A stretch of 63,981 bases of DNA, the filler included, from Basidiobolus ranarum (Eukaryota), in the NCBI GenBank assembly GCA_040143965.1. It is 3 parts of 3 records of this genome, joined end to end, with 100 filler letters (N's around TTAATTAATTAA, not from the genome) between each part and the next. Parts side by side here need not be neighbours in the genome. Positions count along the whole stretch, not along the records: positions 22,686 to 45,247 come from JASJQH010000183.1; 2 more parts are not named here. The stretch is one strand, 5' to 3'. This document shows positions 25,578 to 40,975 of this stretch, piece by piece. The translations under genes were made by a program, and so were the position numbers. A model generated the notes under the pieces. The model did not search any database. It worked only from the letters and a program-made list of their open reading frames with translations, and had not been told where the DNA came from. Each line of letters starts with the position of its first letter. Position 1 is the stretch's first letter.

Positions 25578-28500
25578 ATGTACGAACCAACAAGTAATGC
25601 TTTTTCAATTCGTCGCATGCTCAAGAAGAGTAAGTTACTTTTTTGTTTATTTTCTGAGACTTCCTCGGAGAGAGAGAGACTCTTGTTTGGTTTCTTGTGT
25701 CAAATACACAATTTTCTTTTTAGTTTATTCCGTTAACAATAGATTACCTTCGGTTAGGGTTTCTTGACATGGTCAAGTCAGTTCCGGCCTCAAAGATGGG
25801 TCGAATTCTAGTGGTTGATGAAGTAGCTAGTACATATTTAGACGCGTGTGTAGAGCAAAAGGATTTATTTCTAACTGAAGTATCACGTGAGACCTTTAAA
25901 CCAAGTATCTGACAAATAGCATACATTTAATGACTAAACTTTTGTCACAGTTTACGAAAAGTTAGAGTTGCCAAGGAATGGATATTCCGGAGTCGAGGTT
26001 ATATATTTAATTACCCCCACTTGGGAGTCAATAGAGAAACTAGTGAAAGACTTTACTGAAGGTAGTGAGTTACATTCCGGTCCACTCTACGGAGGTGCCT
26101 ATCTATTCTTCACTACAGGTAATGGCGAGGCTAATGAATGAATAAGTCAAAAGAACTTGTAATAACCAACTTGTGAACCCAGAGCTGGGAGATGATTTGT
26201 ATCAATACCTGACGCAATCTCCCGCTGCTTCATATATCCAGAATATTGTGGAATACTTTGTGGATTTCTTTGGTATATTCACTCTTATGATTCCTAACAT
26301 CAAGATAAAACTAATCGTATTGTGACCTATGCAGTGCCTGAATCGCAAGTATTTACGACCAAAACACCACACAATATCTCAGAGCTCTATTCCACAACCC
26401 CCAACAAAAACCGGCATCGAGCACTTAAGGACATGGCCAAAAAGGTAACGTTCATGTCAGAAGCTCGATTGGAAGTGCAACATTAACTCGCCCATTGATC
26501 GCATAGATTGTATCGTTGAACGTAGCTTTGGGCGAAAACCCAATGATCAAATACTTTAAACCGGACGGTGAGTTGAACACTTCAGAGATTTCCTTTGATC
26601 TGGCAGAACTGGTGCAAGAAGAATTTGATTTGTTGCAACGTCGGAAGCAGTACTTGCAAGTGAGTTTAGTTCCCTTTCCCCCTCCACTTTCGTTGACGCC
26701 CATTTACTCATGAACCCCATTAGACTATTGATCCTCGCCAGCCTCGCTCCACTCTGATTGTGTTGGATCGTACTGTGGATCTCCGAGCACCTCTATTGCA
26801 TGAGATCACCTATCAGGCTGTAGTGCATGACTTGCTCAGCTTCCCGGATGATGCAACATACACATACAAATACGTAGATGCTAATGGTAAGGAACTCGAC
26901 AAAGAGGGGAGTTTAAATGAAGATGATCCCATTTGGGTGGAAAATCGCCACATCTCATTCGATCAATGTGCTCAAAGTCTAGTAGCCAAAATCACCAAAT
27001 TGGGGAACAAAAAGATGGTCAATAACCCTGAGATGAGTGCAAGTGCCAAGTTAAGACAACTTCGGGAGACATTGTATTCATTGCCAGAATATCAGGATCT
27101 CAAAGAGAAGTGCTCATTGCACATGTCTCTTTCTCTGGAGTGCACAGAGCTGTTCACCAAGCTAGATATTGAGCGACTCGCCCTGTTAGAACAGGTACGC
27201 AGCAACAATTTATGATAGTTTGCTCATTAGATTCCTAACTTTTGTTCCAGGACTTGGCCACAGGCATACGCGAGAATGGGGAGACTTCCAAGCATATGAT
27301 CGAAGAGATAGTCCCGATTCTTGACGATCCTTCCATCAGCCCTGATAATAAGTTACGAATCCTGATCCTGTACATATTATCAAAAGATGGTCTGCGCGAA
27401 GAAACTTGGCAAGAAATCAATTTCCACGCGCAACTCGATTTGAATAAGAAAGACAACGATGCGATTCGTAGCTTAGATCGGTTGGGAGTGAAGCTCAACA
27501 AGAGCAATAAAAAGGGCTCCATGCTGTCCAAAAAGTTGAAAACTTTCAAAGAACCTACAGACTTCCTTATGGTCGCTCGTTATGTTCCCATGGTGAAGCA
27601 GATTGTGGAGAATCTTGTCCAGAATACACTTCCACCTGAAATCTTCCCCACAATGACAACCAACCACCAAGGCAGTGGAGCAAATGGCCATGTAACTCAC
27701 ACCTTTCGGCATATGGCACCCAAATGGACAAAAAGAAAGAAAGGCTCTACGCTAGGAGAATGCGTTACTCAGAAAGGGAGAATCATAGTATTCATGATAG
27801 GTGGTGTGACCCACTCGGAGATGAGGTCGGTATATGAAATTTCGAAGGAACTGAACCGGGAAGTCATCATTGGCTCAACACATGTGTTACCACCATGGGA
27901 TTTCTTAGACTCTCTGCGCGCTCTCCAGACTCAAGTAGATCAGCATGACATTTTACCCAGTATAAGAAGTCTCAGCATTGACAGCACATATTCAGATCAA
28001 CTAACAACTCGAAGTTCAAGCGGACAAGCTATCCAAATACCCAGATCGTTGGCCATTCCGAAATCCCAATCACCTGCTCTACCAACTCCGGTGACACCCA
28101 CCAGCTCTGAATCTCCACCTCTTATTGAACCGTCTATTATCACCCCAACATCTCCACAGGCTACTTTCACCAAAAGTGAACCCGTCCTTCCACTATCCCA
28201 AACGAGGAGCGTATCTCCTAAAGTTGAATCGAAGCCTTCTGATTTGCCTGCAACCGATCATCAGCCGATTTACAATTCCATACCTATTGCTGCTTCGAGT
28301 CCAGCTGTTAATCTCCCCGCCCCTAAGATTGTCACATCTCCACCCTCTGATCACGCCAACCCACCAAATGAAACAGCACCCACACCCATTACATCTACAG
28401 CTAACATAGCTCCAATGTCCAGACCTAGCACTGTCAACAAGCCAATTCCACCTCCCAAACCTGATGCTTCAAAAATTACTGCGACTCTGGCCAATGCAAA

Positions 28501-29719
28501 TATAATGCTGACTCGTGAAGACCCCACAAGCAACTCGAGCCTTGATATTGCCTCTTCGCCTCAGCCCTCGAATAATAAAGTTTACGAAGTTGCATCTCCG
28601 AAAGCTGTTCCTCTGCAGGTACAAATAGATAGAGGGCACAATTCTGTACCAAATGGAACTCCCATATCACCTGGGGCTGCTACTTCACCAGCTTCAGTGA
28701 TCTCTGATATTCAATCACCCTTAACGAGAACTGATACCGCATTGTCAACTGAATCTACCCGTACCAACGTACCAACTAGGCGTCTCTATCGCCCACGACC
28801 ACGCAGTACTCTTCCGGATGCCACTACGTCCGGAGATAACCTGCCTGATTCTAGGATGTCACCTACAAACAGTACTCCAACAGAACCAGGCAATATGATA
28901 AACAACCTCAACCCCTCACGTGTATCAGAGAATATTGAATCCTACCCTTCGCCATCCCCCTCACCACCTCCACTACCTGTACACCCTCGTATTAATAATC
29001 AGCGTGCATATAGTAGCTCTAGCTCCAACAGTTCTCGAATCAGTACGAATCAAAATCAGGTATTGGAGAACAGAAACCAGCCCGCTTACAATGGTTCGAT
29101 TTCTACTGAATATCGCCCACCACTCCCCCAGAAGCCGGCACTTTACCCATCGATAAATTCGTCTAGTAGAAAGGCTACTCCTCCTCCTCCTCAAACATCA
29201 TACAACTCTAACCCATTTCCACCCCCTCAATTGACACAGTCCCCACCTCAGTTACCCAATCCCATTATTAATAACACTAACTATACACACAACCAAGCAC
29301 ACGTCCCACAGTCCCAATCTCAATCACAGCGTAGCCCTGTGATGCGAATGCCAATGCCAGAACTACACATGCCACGGGCTCAAACTCACTTCACACCAAC
29401 CAACAACTATTCTAACGAAACATCAGATAGATTTCCAGACCCTACCCTTTATATGCCGAATCGCTCTTATAGCAATACTGGAAATACGCCTCCAATACCT
29501 CCTTACAACCAGGGCCACCCATCTGTGTACTCTACACACCCCACTCGAGCACCACTTCCTAGACCCCCTCCACCTCAAATGAACCCTCCACAAAACCCAC
29601 CATATTCTCAGCAAACGTATCGCCCTCACGGTCGGCCTTTACCTGCAACCCCGGGAAATAACAGGCAATATCAGCATCTCCCTCAGGATGATCCCATTCA
29701 CCAGCGATACTATAGATGA
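25578..29719 (+). CDS. Sec1/Munc18-family protein with long Pro/Ser/Thr-rich C-terminal extension (multi-exon)
   Basis: Spliced motifs GRILVVDE, VEVIYLITP, AYLFFT, LIVLDRTVDLRAPLLHEITYQAVVHDLL, LEQDLATG, RIIVFMIGGVTHSEMRSVYEIS...EVIIGSTHVL; start codon inferred. Confidence 0.88.
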
Positions 29720-29938
29720 TCGCTGATGTTTCAGTAAATGAATTTATATATATATAGTATAACGAATTAGTAATAAATGAATTTTTATTAATTGCCGATA
29801 TGGTTATCGTAACCGTTGTCGTAACCGGACTTCTTTATATAACAAATGTATCAGAATGCGTCTAAAGTATTGCATGGGAAATAGATCATTTTTGGAGTAC
29901 CAAAGACGATCCACCCAGTCGATATAGGAAAGATTTGA

Positions 29939-31455
<1,517 letters not shown>

Positions 31456-32051
31456 ATGTATTGAATAAACAACAACTAAAGTTCAATAGATAAAAAGAGT
31501 CCCTTCCTTTACGACGACTAAATCAAATCATGTATTTTTTTTAATAAAAAATTCCATTATTTTCACTTTTTTTTTTCTTTTTATTCAAATTGAATAGTCT
31601 TTCTTGATCATTCGATTGATAAACAAGTACCTTTTTTTTCTCCATGGAATATTGTCTGTTAAACTGATTGAAACCTGTTCAAGATTCCCATTGACATTGA
31701 CTGAGTCTCATTTGGCTTAAGTTAAAACGTTTAACCAATATAACATATCGAATTGGAGAGTACATCAGTTAGAATGATTCATTTGGGGAAGTCTGACTCG
31801 ACCGAAAAAACTGAAGATGATAGCGAATCCTGACCTCAGAACACAGTAAACATTAAAGATTTATCAATAAGGAAATATATAGATTTAATACATATACAGA
31901 AAATGTAAAAGACACATATGAAGGGGGAGGGGTGCATTGCGCTTAACAATTATAATTACAAGTTTGATTTAGAGGGTTACAAAAGTCATATCTATTTCTA
32001 CATTGAAGAGGCGAGAAAATACTATTTATAAAGAGAAAGTGAAGGGTGTTA

Positions 32052-35000
32052 CTAATTTGTAAAGTGCAAACTACTTAATGCCGTTCCCTTGGCTACTTCT
32101 AACATAACTCTTGTCAAGTTATCTTTATGACATGGTTTCGTCAACCACATATCCATTCCTGCTTCCAGACACTCCTCTTTGGTTTTCGATTGGGCATCGG
32201 CAGTTAGCGCGACAACTGGTATTCGGCGTGGAATATGGCTCTCTTGCTCGAAAGTGCGAATCCTGCGAGTGGCTTCATATCCATCACATAAAGGCATCAT
32301 TTTATCCATAAATATACACGCAAATGCATGAGGTTTGTTCTTATAGGCATCTACCACTTCCAAACCATTGTTAGTTACGGTTACATCGTAGCCCATTTTC
32401 TCCAGCATACGCGTAATGAGTCGCTGTGCTACAAGGTTGTCTTCTGCCACCAGGACATGCATCTTCTTGTTGTCTTTCTCATTACTGGACCCATTCTTCA
32501 TTCTATGCCCCTTATCCGAAATGCTGATCTTTGCCTTTTTCCTTGGCGTATGATGTGTAGGGGCAGAGGGAACCGCTGGTGTTGGGTTAGAAATAGGTGG
32601 TGTGGTACGTGGTTGGTCAACATGATTGATATCAAGTGCTTCTGCTACGCTCTTGAGTAATTTCATTCTTCTGACTGGCTTGGTGACACGATGGATCTCA
32701 GCTTGTCTAGCTCCAGGCAACTCATATTCATCCACCTTCACAGATGAAGGGTAGGTCAATATCAAAATCTTGATATTCCGGATTAAATCCCAGCTATCGG
32801 TTTCAGTAAGCTTCTCCCAAAACTCAGCGTCTCTCAAAGAGTCCAATACCATGATATCGAATGGGCCTTTTTCCGCGATAGCACCTTTCATTTTGTTCAA
32901 GGTGTCTTGAGCACTGATACAAGTGACGCAATAAAATGGATTAAGATAATTCGCAATCATTGTATTGACACACTGATGGGAGTAGATCAAAAACCTCGGA
33001 TTCTCTTTGAATGTCCGAATCTGAGCGGTGAGTTGCTCTACCTCAGGTGCATCTTTGATGGACGCCGCAGTGGCCGACTCTTTCTTTAATGTAGCTGTAA
33101 ACCAGAAGTTCGATCCCTTTTCTTTCTGACTAATAACCCCGATCCTTCCAAGCATCAGTTTTACTAGTTGCGAGCAGATGGATAGTCCTAGTCCAGTGCC
33201 ACCGTAGATTCGCGTGGTGCTACCATCCACCTGGGAGAATGGCTGGAAAAGATAGGCTTGCTCTTCGATTGTCATGCCGATGCCAGTGTCCTCCACTTCA
33301 ATCTTCAAGATGATGTCGTTATCATGCGGTGAATCTTGAACGATGTGACAACGTACAACAATATATCCCTTTTGGGTGAATTTGATCGCATTTCCAAGTA
33401 GATTAAGTAAAATTTGCCTCAAGCGGTTTCCATCCCCAAGTAGGACATTGGAAATATTAGGATCCACATAAAACGCCACTTCAAGATTTTTCTTGCTAAC
33501 TAGAGTGATCAGTAATTCACACACATCTCCTAGCAAATTTTCCATATTAAATGGTAACATTTCGAGTTCTACTTTTCCTGCCTCAAGCTTCGAGAAATTT
33601 AAGAGATCGTCCACCACTTGCATTAATACATCGCAAGATTGTTTGCACATCTCAATGTACTCCAGTTGCTCTGCATTTAATGGTGTATCCAAGAGCAAGG
33701 AAAGCATCCCCATCACTCCAGAGAATGGTGTGCGTAGCTCATGGGACATGTTAGCCAAGAAATTGGATTTCAGGCGTTGCTGTTGCTTTTGTTCATCAAT
33801 ATCTGTACACATGCCGAACCATTTGATGGTCGTCCCGCAAGAGTTCTTCAAAGGCATGGCTCTAATAATGAACCAACGGTAAGCACCATTAGCTCCACGG
33901 ATTCTACACTCACATTCCAAAGTAAGTCCCTGTTGCAAACATACAGAATATTGTTGTTGGTGAATTTTCAAGTCATCCTGATGAATACAACTAGTCCACT
34001 TTGAAGTAGTGGCTTCAGAGAAACTTTGTCCAGTGTAGCTACACCATGAGGAGTTAACATAATCAATAGTACCATCCGGGTGGGCAGTAAACACCTGACA
34101 AGGAATACACTCTAGCAAAAGAGAATAACGTCTCTTACCATCCTCAACATGATAGAGTGCTTGCTTATGACTGTTAATATCCATCCACATGCTATACCAC
34201 GTATATTTACCATATTCATCACGAACACAAACATGTCGTCCTAGCACCCATCTGTATTTACCATCTCTCGATAGCATTCGAAACTCTAAATCGCAAGGTT
34301 GTAGTTTACGAATCGACGATCTCCACTTACTCATCATTGAATCTATATCCTTTGGATGAATAAATTGTGACCAGCCCCATTCTAGAAATTGACGTGAGGT
34401 AACTCCGGTGAATTCCTCAATCTTGTCGTTGACAAACCAACTAGAGCCATCTCTATCGCCAATCCATACGACACACGGAAGTGCATTGACAAGAGTGAGA
34501 TAATGCTTTTTTGCTTGCTCAGTATCTCTCAGTTTGGTTTGGGTCGACCGTAAGAGCGAGGCATTGACGAAACTCAAAGCAATCTGTTTGCATAGTAACA
34601 GCATTCTCTGTAAGTGACATTCTCCGACATCGGTGTTTTCCAGGTAGAGTGCTCCAACCAAGTTATTGTCATGAATCAATGGGAAGACCGCCGCCGTGAA
34701 TATGTTATCAATGGAATTTTTGGTTAAATATTCTTGATCCTCTTTAGATATGCTTTCGGGGTATTCATTGATGTGATAGTTGAAGAATTCCACCGATTTG
34801 CTGCCAAGAGCTTTATCCACCAAAGAAGCACATAGGAAATCCACATTGTTATATGGGATGATAGGGTTTAGTACGAATGTACCATCATCGTGCGCCCATC
34901 TAGCTGTGACTGCCAACTTTCCTTCGTCAAATAGAATCAGACTACCCGAGTAGATGGAGATGTAACGGGATGTTTGTTTGAGAACTTGTTGAAGCAACGA

Positions 35001-38000
35001 TTCATATTCCAATTCGGATGAGATTTGCTGAAGTATATCGACGAATTCAATCATTGCTTTATCAGCAGGTAGTGCATCTTCAAGCGGAGGAGTGGCTACT
35101 GTTTCAGTGGATGTTGCAGTGGAGGCAAGTGACCCAGTAATGCCGGTGTTATGGGAGTCATCCGTTTGACATGCTACTGAAGCGGTGCACACAATACCAG
35201 AGAGTGTCGGTAAGCTGGAGATCCAATTATCTCGCATCCGTTGAAGTTGTTGGGCTTTCTCATAAGCACCCCACCTACTGTAGGTTTTGATCGATTGGTC
35301 TAAAATCATCATACCAACAGTTATATATCCTCTTCGAAAAAGAAATTCCGCGTATAACTCATAGGCAAGTGCTTCATAATGAACAAGTTTCAATCGTCGA
35401 GATTGCTGCGCTGCTTGTTCATAAAAGTCCATGGCCTTGATTGAATCCCCTTTTAAAGCAGCTAGCTCTGCTTCAACGATTAAAAACAGCGCAGTATGTG
35501 CACCATACACTTGGCCTATAATCCATTTCTCGGTTATTGTCTGATTTTCCCGTATTGTCTCCAGAGCTTCTGCTACTTGACCATCGTTAAGCTGACCTTT
35601 ACGGATCAAAGCAGCCAACGTGAGTGAGTGAAGGCATATTGCCCACTTTCGAAAGTTGTCGATCGCGACCGTACTATCTGGAAGTTCTTTACTTCGCTGA
35701 ACCGCGGCCAAAGCTTCTTCGTAATACCCCAAGAAATAAAAAGCGATCACTCGAGTTCTCAAGTGCCACACAAGGGAATTGTTAAATCTAGATTCGCTAA
35801 CCATAACACTGAGCAAATTTTCTTCGAAGAATTGTCCATCATCGAATATTAGATTGACTGAGCCACGAATACATTTCCCTTGCAATGCCAATACAAGCCT
35901 GGATATGCTTGTAATTGCATAGGTCAGGTTATTATCCGGGTGCAATTTCAACAACTCTAAGCTATTGGCCTTGGCGTCTTTCAAAACATCACAAAGTGGA
36001 AAGCCCAAGAAAAATTTGTTGATGGCAGCCATTCCCGATGACAAAGCAGAGAATCTCATGTTACCAGCAGCCACTGCCAATTCTTGGGATTGTCTCAAGA
36101 ACGTCAGTCCATGATACGGATCATTTTTCATATGGTTAATATATGTGGCAAAAAGCATATACACTTTCGCTTTGATATCAGGCCCAGCAAGCTTTTTGGC
36201 TACACGAAGTCCAAATTCGCCACATTCATAAGCAAACTCTCCCTTCTCGAATATCTGTGCGTAATGAGCACCGAAATACGTGAAAGCCTCACAAGAATGC
36301 GCACTGAGTCCATGCTTTAAAGTTAACTTCACCATAATCGCAGTAATAACTATATGCAAATGACGAAGCCAGAAGATGTAGGGAGAGTGAAGAGTAGGCG
36401 TCAAAAAATCCATCAAAATCAATACTTCTGGGTCATTGCATATTTTAAGACGCTCTTCCAGTGTTTTTGTGTTGGCCATTAGCGGTGAATTCTCCACTTC
36501 TTCCACTACGACGCTTACCTCAGCATCTGAAGGGTGTTGAGTAACATGGTAACCAAAGTCGCTCAAACAATTCAGAATCGTTTGAATGCCCGTCTCGAAC
36601 TGGCTAGTTGCCATTTGTATCTCGTAAATATGTGCATACACTTGGCATTTATGAACCAAGGTTCTTGCTTCCAACAGCAACTGATTCAACATCTCCGACG
36701 CATTCTCGAATTTCTGGCATACAATCAACATTTCTGCGCATTCAAGTCTTAGTGAAAATGACTCTTCATAAGAGCCATCGACTCCATCGGGGGAAGAGTT
36801 CAACAGTGTGATGGCTTTTTGATAGTAAATAAGTGAATTATCCAGAGCACCCAAGGCCTTCGCCTTTGCACCGGCAGCTGCTAAACATCTTCTATAATCC
36901 GAACGGTCTTCAAGTTGGTTTATGAGACTGGAAGCTTGTGTAAAATGGTCCGCAATCTGGAACACATTAACATCTGTTTGTTTTAACAGCAATTGACCAA
37001 TGCTTAGATGAAGCCGACTCTTGGTGTCTGTATCTAACAAATGACGGGATACCTCCTGGATAATATCATGCAAAAAGTAATACCAATCTTCACCTGGAAA
37101 ATATCTAATGAAGCCCTCATCGATGGCGATTTGGAGAATTTCTTGAGTAGGAAACGGTGGCTTGAGTAGGTCATGTAGTAGGTCGGCTGTAAAGGTATAA
37201 CCAATGGTGGCAGCATAAGCGAGCAGCGTTTGTAAATCTTTCCGGACGTTGCGTAAACAGCGAACTAATAAATCAAAGTCAATAACATTCACTATTTTGC
37301 TGGTGACATCGTCTAATTGCCAATTCCAGTGTTTTGTTTCGTAGTTGAATTGAATCCGGTTTTCACGGTACAGAGCAATCAGTATTTGCGACAACGCAAA
37401 CGGATTTCCTTTAGCAGTCTCACAACAAGCCACTAAAGAATCGATCGCACTGTCGTCTTGAGAAACGGTAGCTGCAATAAACCTTCGAACATGCAGTATA
37501 TCCAGAGGCTTTAAAGGGATTTCGGTCACCTTGACATTATGATCTATCAGTTCCTGAATCCATCGGGTTTCCCTCTCAGCCTCTCTTCTTGCTGCAATAA
37601 TCAGTAACCTTCCGCAATTGTTTTTCATTAAGTATGAAAATAAGCTAAGTGTTGCTCGACTGGCACACTCCAGCTTGTCCACGAAGCACGTTAGAGTGAT
37701 ATCTAGATTGGTGATTGCTCGAACAAGACTGAGATAAGTGGTGCAGAATCGCATATGTGATTGGGCAGGTGGAAGTGGCTCAACTGGGGGATGATGTGAA
37801 CCAACAACCATCTTCAATTCAGGAATATCGTCCAACAGGATGCTCACATTGTTGGGGATTTGGGTCATAATGGATATTCTTAGTTTTTGAAGTTCTTCAT
37901 CGGAGCACTTTATGATCTCCTTGATGGTACTTCGTAGACACTGAGTGATTGCACCAAGAGGATAATGCGGCTTACACCTGCACGACACGAAGATACCATG

Positions 38001-39193
38001 CTTCCAAGCCTTGTTCAAGATGGAGTTAACGAGTGCAGTTTTACCTACCCCGGCTTCTCCAGTGATTACCACCAATTCTGAGGACTGGCGTTTCTCATAC
38101 ACTTGATGGCACATTCTTTCAAGGATTGTATTTAATTGTGCTCTCTCTACCTCGCGTCCATGAAGTTCGTTGGGAAGTTGGAGAGATGGCGGGTAATCTT
38201 TTTCTCCCAAATCAAATCGGAGTCGATACGACACCTCGGGATCTTCGCAAGTTGACAATGTAGACAGTAATACCTTGAAATCAGTCTTCAAGCCAACAAC
38301 ACTTTTATATGATACTTTAGGTGTCTAGAGAAAGAACATCGCGGTTAGGATACATCTAGAGGATTTTCACTTGTTCGGAGCAGCTGCTCTATTATGAAAG
38401 GAGGTACGGCCTCTTACCAGTAACTTGATAAATATATCTGCTAAAGCGATGGGATATTGATGACTATCTATAAACTGCTGTATGACTTTTTGAGAATAAG
38501 AAACTGTGCTTTCCATAATGGGTGTTCTCTTTGTTAATAGTCTATACAACGAAGATCCTAAGTGTGGAAAGAATTGATTCATATCAAAAATTCAAAAACC
38601 GAATGAAATCACAAAGGATACCTACCTAAGTCTAATATATCAGTATTACAGTCCAGAAGGGCTTTGTGAGAGGAGAAGCTCTTAATTCTATCCAATACAG
38701 TGGAAGTAATATGCATTTCACTTTGTATAGAACTAGTTCGTGCGTGACAAAATCCCGATAGTTTCATCAATTTCTTTCCTTCATCCCAAAAGAAACTTTT
38801 TCTACTAACACTGCCGTGAATAATTCCTAAAGAGTGAATCTTCTCCAAACACTCACAACAGCGTATAGCCATTTTCAAAAAGTCTTTCACATCGGTTGGG
38901 TGATAAGTCTCTAAAGAGATACCAGATTTCTCAACAACAATTACACTTTCCCCATCCTCAGTTTGAACGATATCCATTAGTTTTGGTATTAAGTCTTCAA
39001 CAGAGGTTTCAAATATGAAATTCGAAAAATATTGATCTCGCTTAAGTTTTGCCTCAGATGAGAAAGCTTTAACCCAAACGATTTCTTGAGTTTCATTATC
39101 TCGTGCTTCGTAAAGTATAGAGTTGGTGTTATGTGCGAGTTCTGTTAATATAGTGTAACCCGGTATTTCCTCAAGTTCGAAATCCCAATCCAT
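32052..39193 (-). CDS. Giant hybrid histidine kinase: degenerate Ser/Thr kinase - AAA/P-loop - helical - GAF - 2xPAS - HisKA - HATPase - receiver (group X, Chk1/Mak-like); exons 39193-38626, 38557-38418, 38324-32052
   Basis: GEAGVGKT P-loop; H-box FLANMSHELRTP; N-box RLRQILLNLLGNAIKFT; G boxes DTGIG and GGTGLGL; receiver VAEDN...FMDKMMP..DG...KP. Confidence 0.95.
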
Positions 39194-40308
39194 TGTCAGT
39201 ATTGTTCGAGAATAGTGTATAAATGTATAGGGCGGAGCCTATATATTAGAACACTATAAATTATATAAGGCTTATCTGAATAGAAAAGGTGATGATTTGA
39301 AGCTCAAACGACAGAATAGCAACCTTAACGAGAATAACAAATGTAAGGTGTACTGTGCAATGGTGGAATCGGTTGAATGCACAGTGATTGTGTGTAGAGA
39401 AAATTCAGGGAATGAATGAAACAATCTTAACAAATAATTGAATTGAAATCCACCGAATTCTTGGGATAATTATTGAAATCCTGAGAACTTCAGGTATTTC
39501 GACCCCAACGTGTCAGTATCTAGGTAATTTCAGCATAACCCAAAGCAACTCAATTCTAACTCTAATTATTCGGCAATGTACACCAAGACCGAGACTCAGT
39601 AGCTACTAATTCGTTGCTGTAAAGAATGGCACTTAACTGTATTTAATATTGGATAAATGGTAATACCGAATCACCATAAATGGATGAAGACGAAAACTGA
39701 CAAGCAAAGTTCACAAAATGTAATATTCGGAGTAGTGTGAGAGATTCAGTGGTGACTTTTTATTTGAATGTGGATGTAGTTGTTCAACCGTATTTACAAT
39801 ACAACCAAATTCCCAAATCCGACTCGCACCAACGAAGATTTCGGAACGACACTAAGCAGTCACATGTTTGGGGGAAATAGACTGGTTCGGGTGCTTGATC
39901 TTCCTCATATCGTATTGAAGTCGGGATGCATTTCAAATTACTCCTCTTTGCTTAACTACATTTGATCGGGGTAACCCATTATGGAAGTAGTGTTATGTCA
40001 TAAGGTTCCGTGTGCGACAATCAGCGTTAGTAGCGACTTGATTATTGTGTCCAGACTCTGCTACGAGGATATTTTAGGGATATTCCAGCAATATCACGAT
40101 AGCATCGACGGAAATGGCCAGTGAGCCATACATAATAGATTTTCAATACTGTTCGTTGACTAATTTAGGAAGCTATCTGAGCATTACCAATAGAGCTGTT
40201 GAAGGCAAGATTGACTATAAATAGGTAACAGTTCTTTTACCAGCTGTATTCATTTTTCTTTCGGGTTAGCAAACCAACTTCATCTTCCCCTAATTCTAAT
40301 ATATTATC

Positions 40309-40784
40309 ATGCGTGTCGTAAGCAGAGTTGAAGGACAGGAAGTCACCGAATCCGCCATGACTCGGTAGGAATTTTATTGTGTTAGTCAACCAACCGAACC
40401 ATTCGTTTATACTAATTTACTTTTGAAGTGGCTTTTTTGGTGCCGTTAAGTACGGAGCAATTGCATCTTTCTTTGGTATGATCGGTAACGCTACCTGGCC
40501 TTATTTCAACCGCCTGCCCGCTGTACAAAAGGTTTGTCAATCTCCTGAAACTGTTTGTTCTCGTTCGTTACATTAAATAGTCGGTTATTCTATAGGGTTG
40601 GTTATTGACCGCTATCACACTCGCTGGTTTCGCTAACGGCTCCGAGGCTGCTTTAACTGGTTTCGAGAGAAAAGAACGCACACAACAAATTGAGGTAGCT
40701 AATCGTCAACGCTATGAAGTTTTATACGGTAATGGAGGTATTACCGAAGAGACAAAAATCGAAGCTACCCCAGCAACAGCTTAA
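40309..40784 (+). CDS. Small two-TM mitochondrial-type protein resembling Rcf3/the Rcf2 N-terminal half; 3 exons, absent from the ORF track
   Basis: Splicing gives MRVVSRVEGQEVTESAMTRGFFGAVKYGAIASFFGMIGNATWPYFNRLPAVQKGWLLTAITLAGFANGSEAALTGFERKERTQQIEVANRQRYEVLYGNGGITEETKIEATPATA; canonical introns; tataaata at about 40216. Confidence 0.72.
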
Positions 40785-40975
40785 AAAAGCGATACAGGTC
40801 TAGGCCTAACATTCAATTAATAGAAATAATTTGAATGAACCCATTTCATGTACACCATATCACCATACCTTGAACTAAAGTCCCTCATATATAAATTCCT
40901 ATCTAATTATATCAACTTGCTTGTCTTTATTTCGAAGTCATATCTAACAGGAATTCATAAGATGCAACCTAGCCT

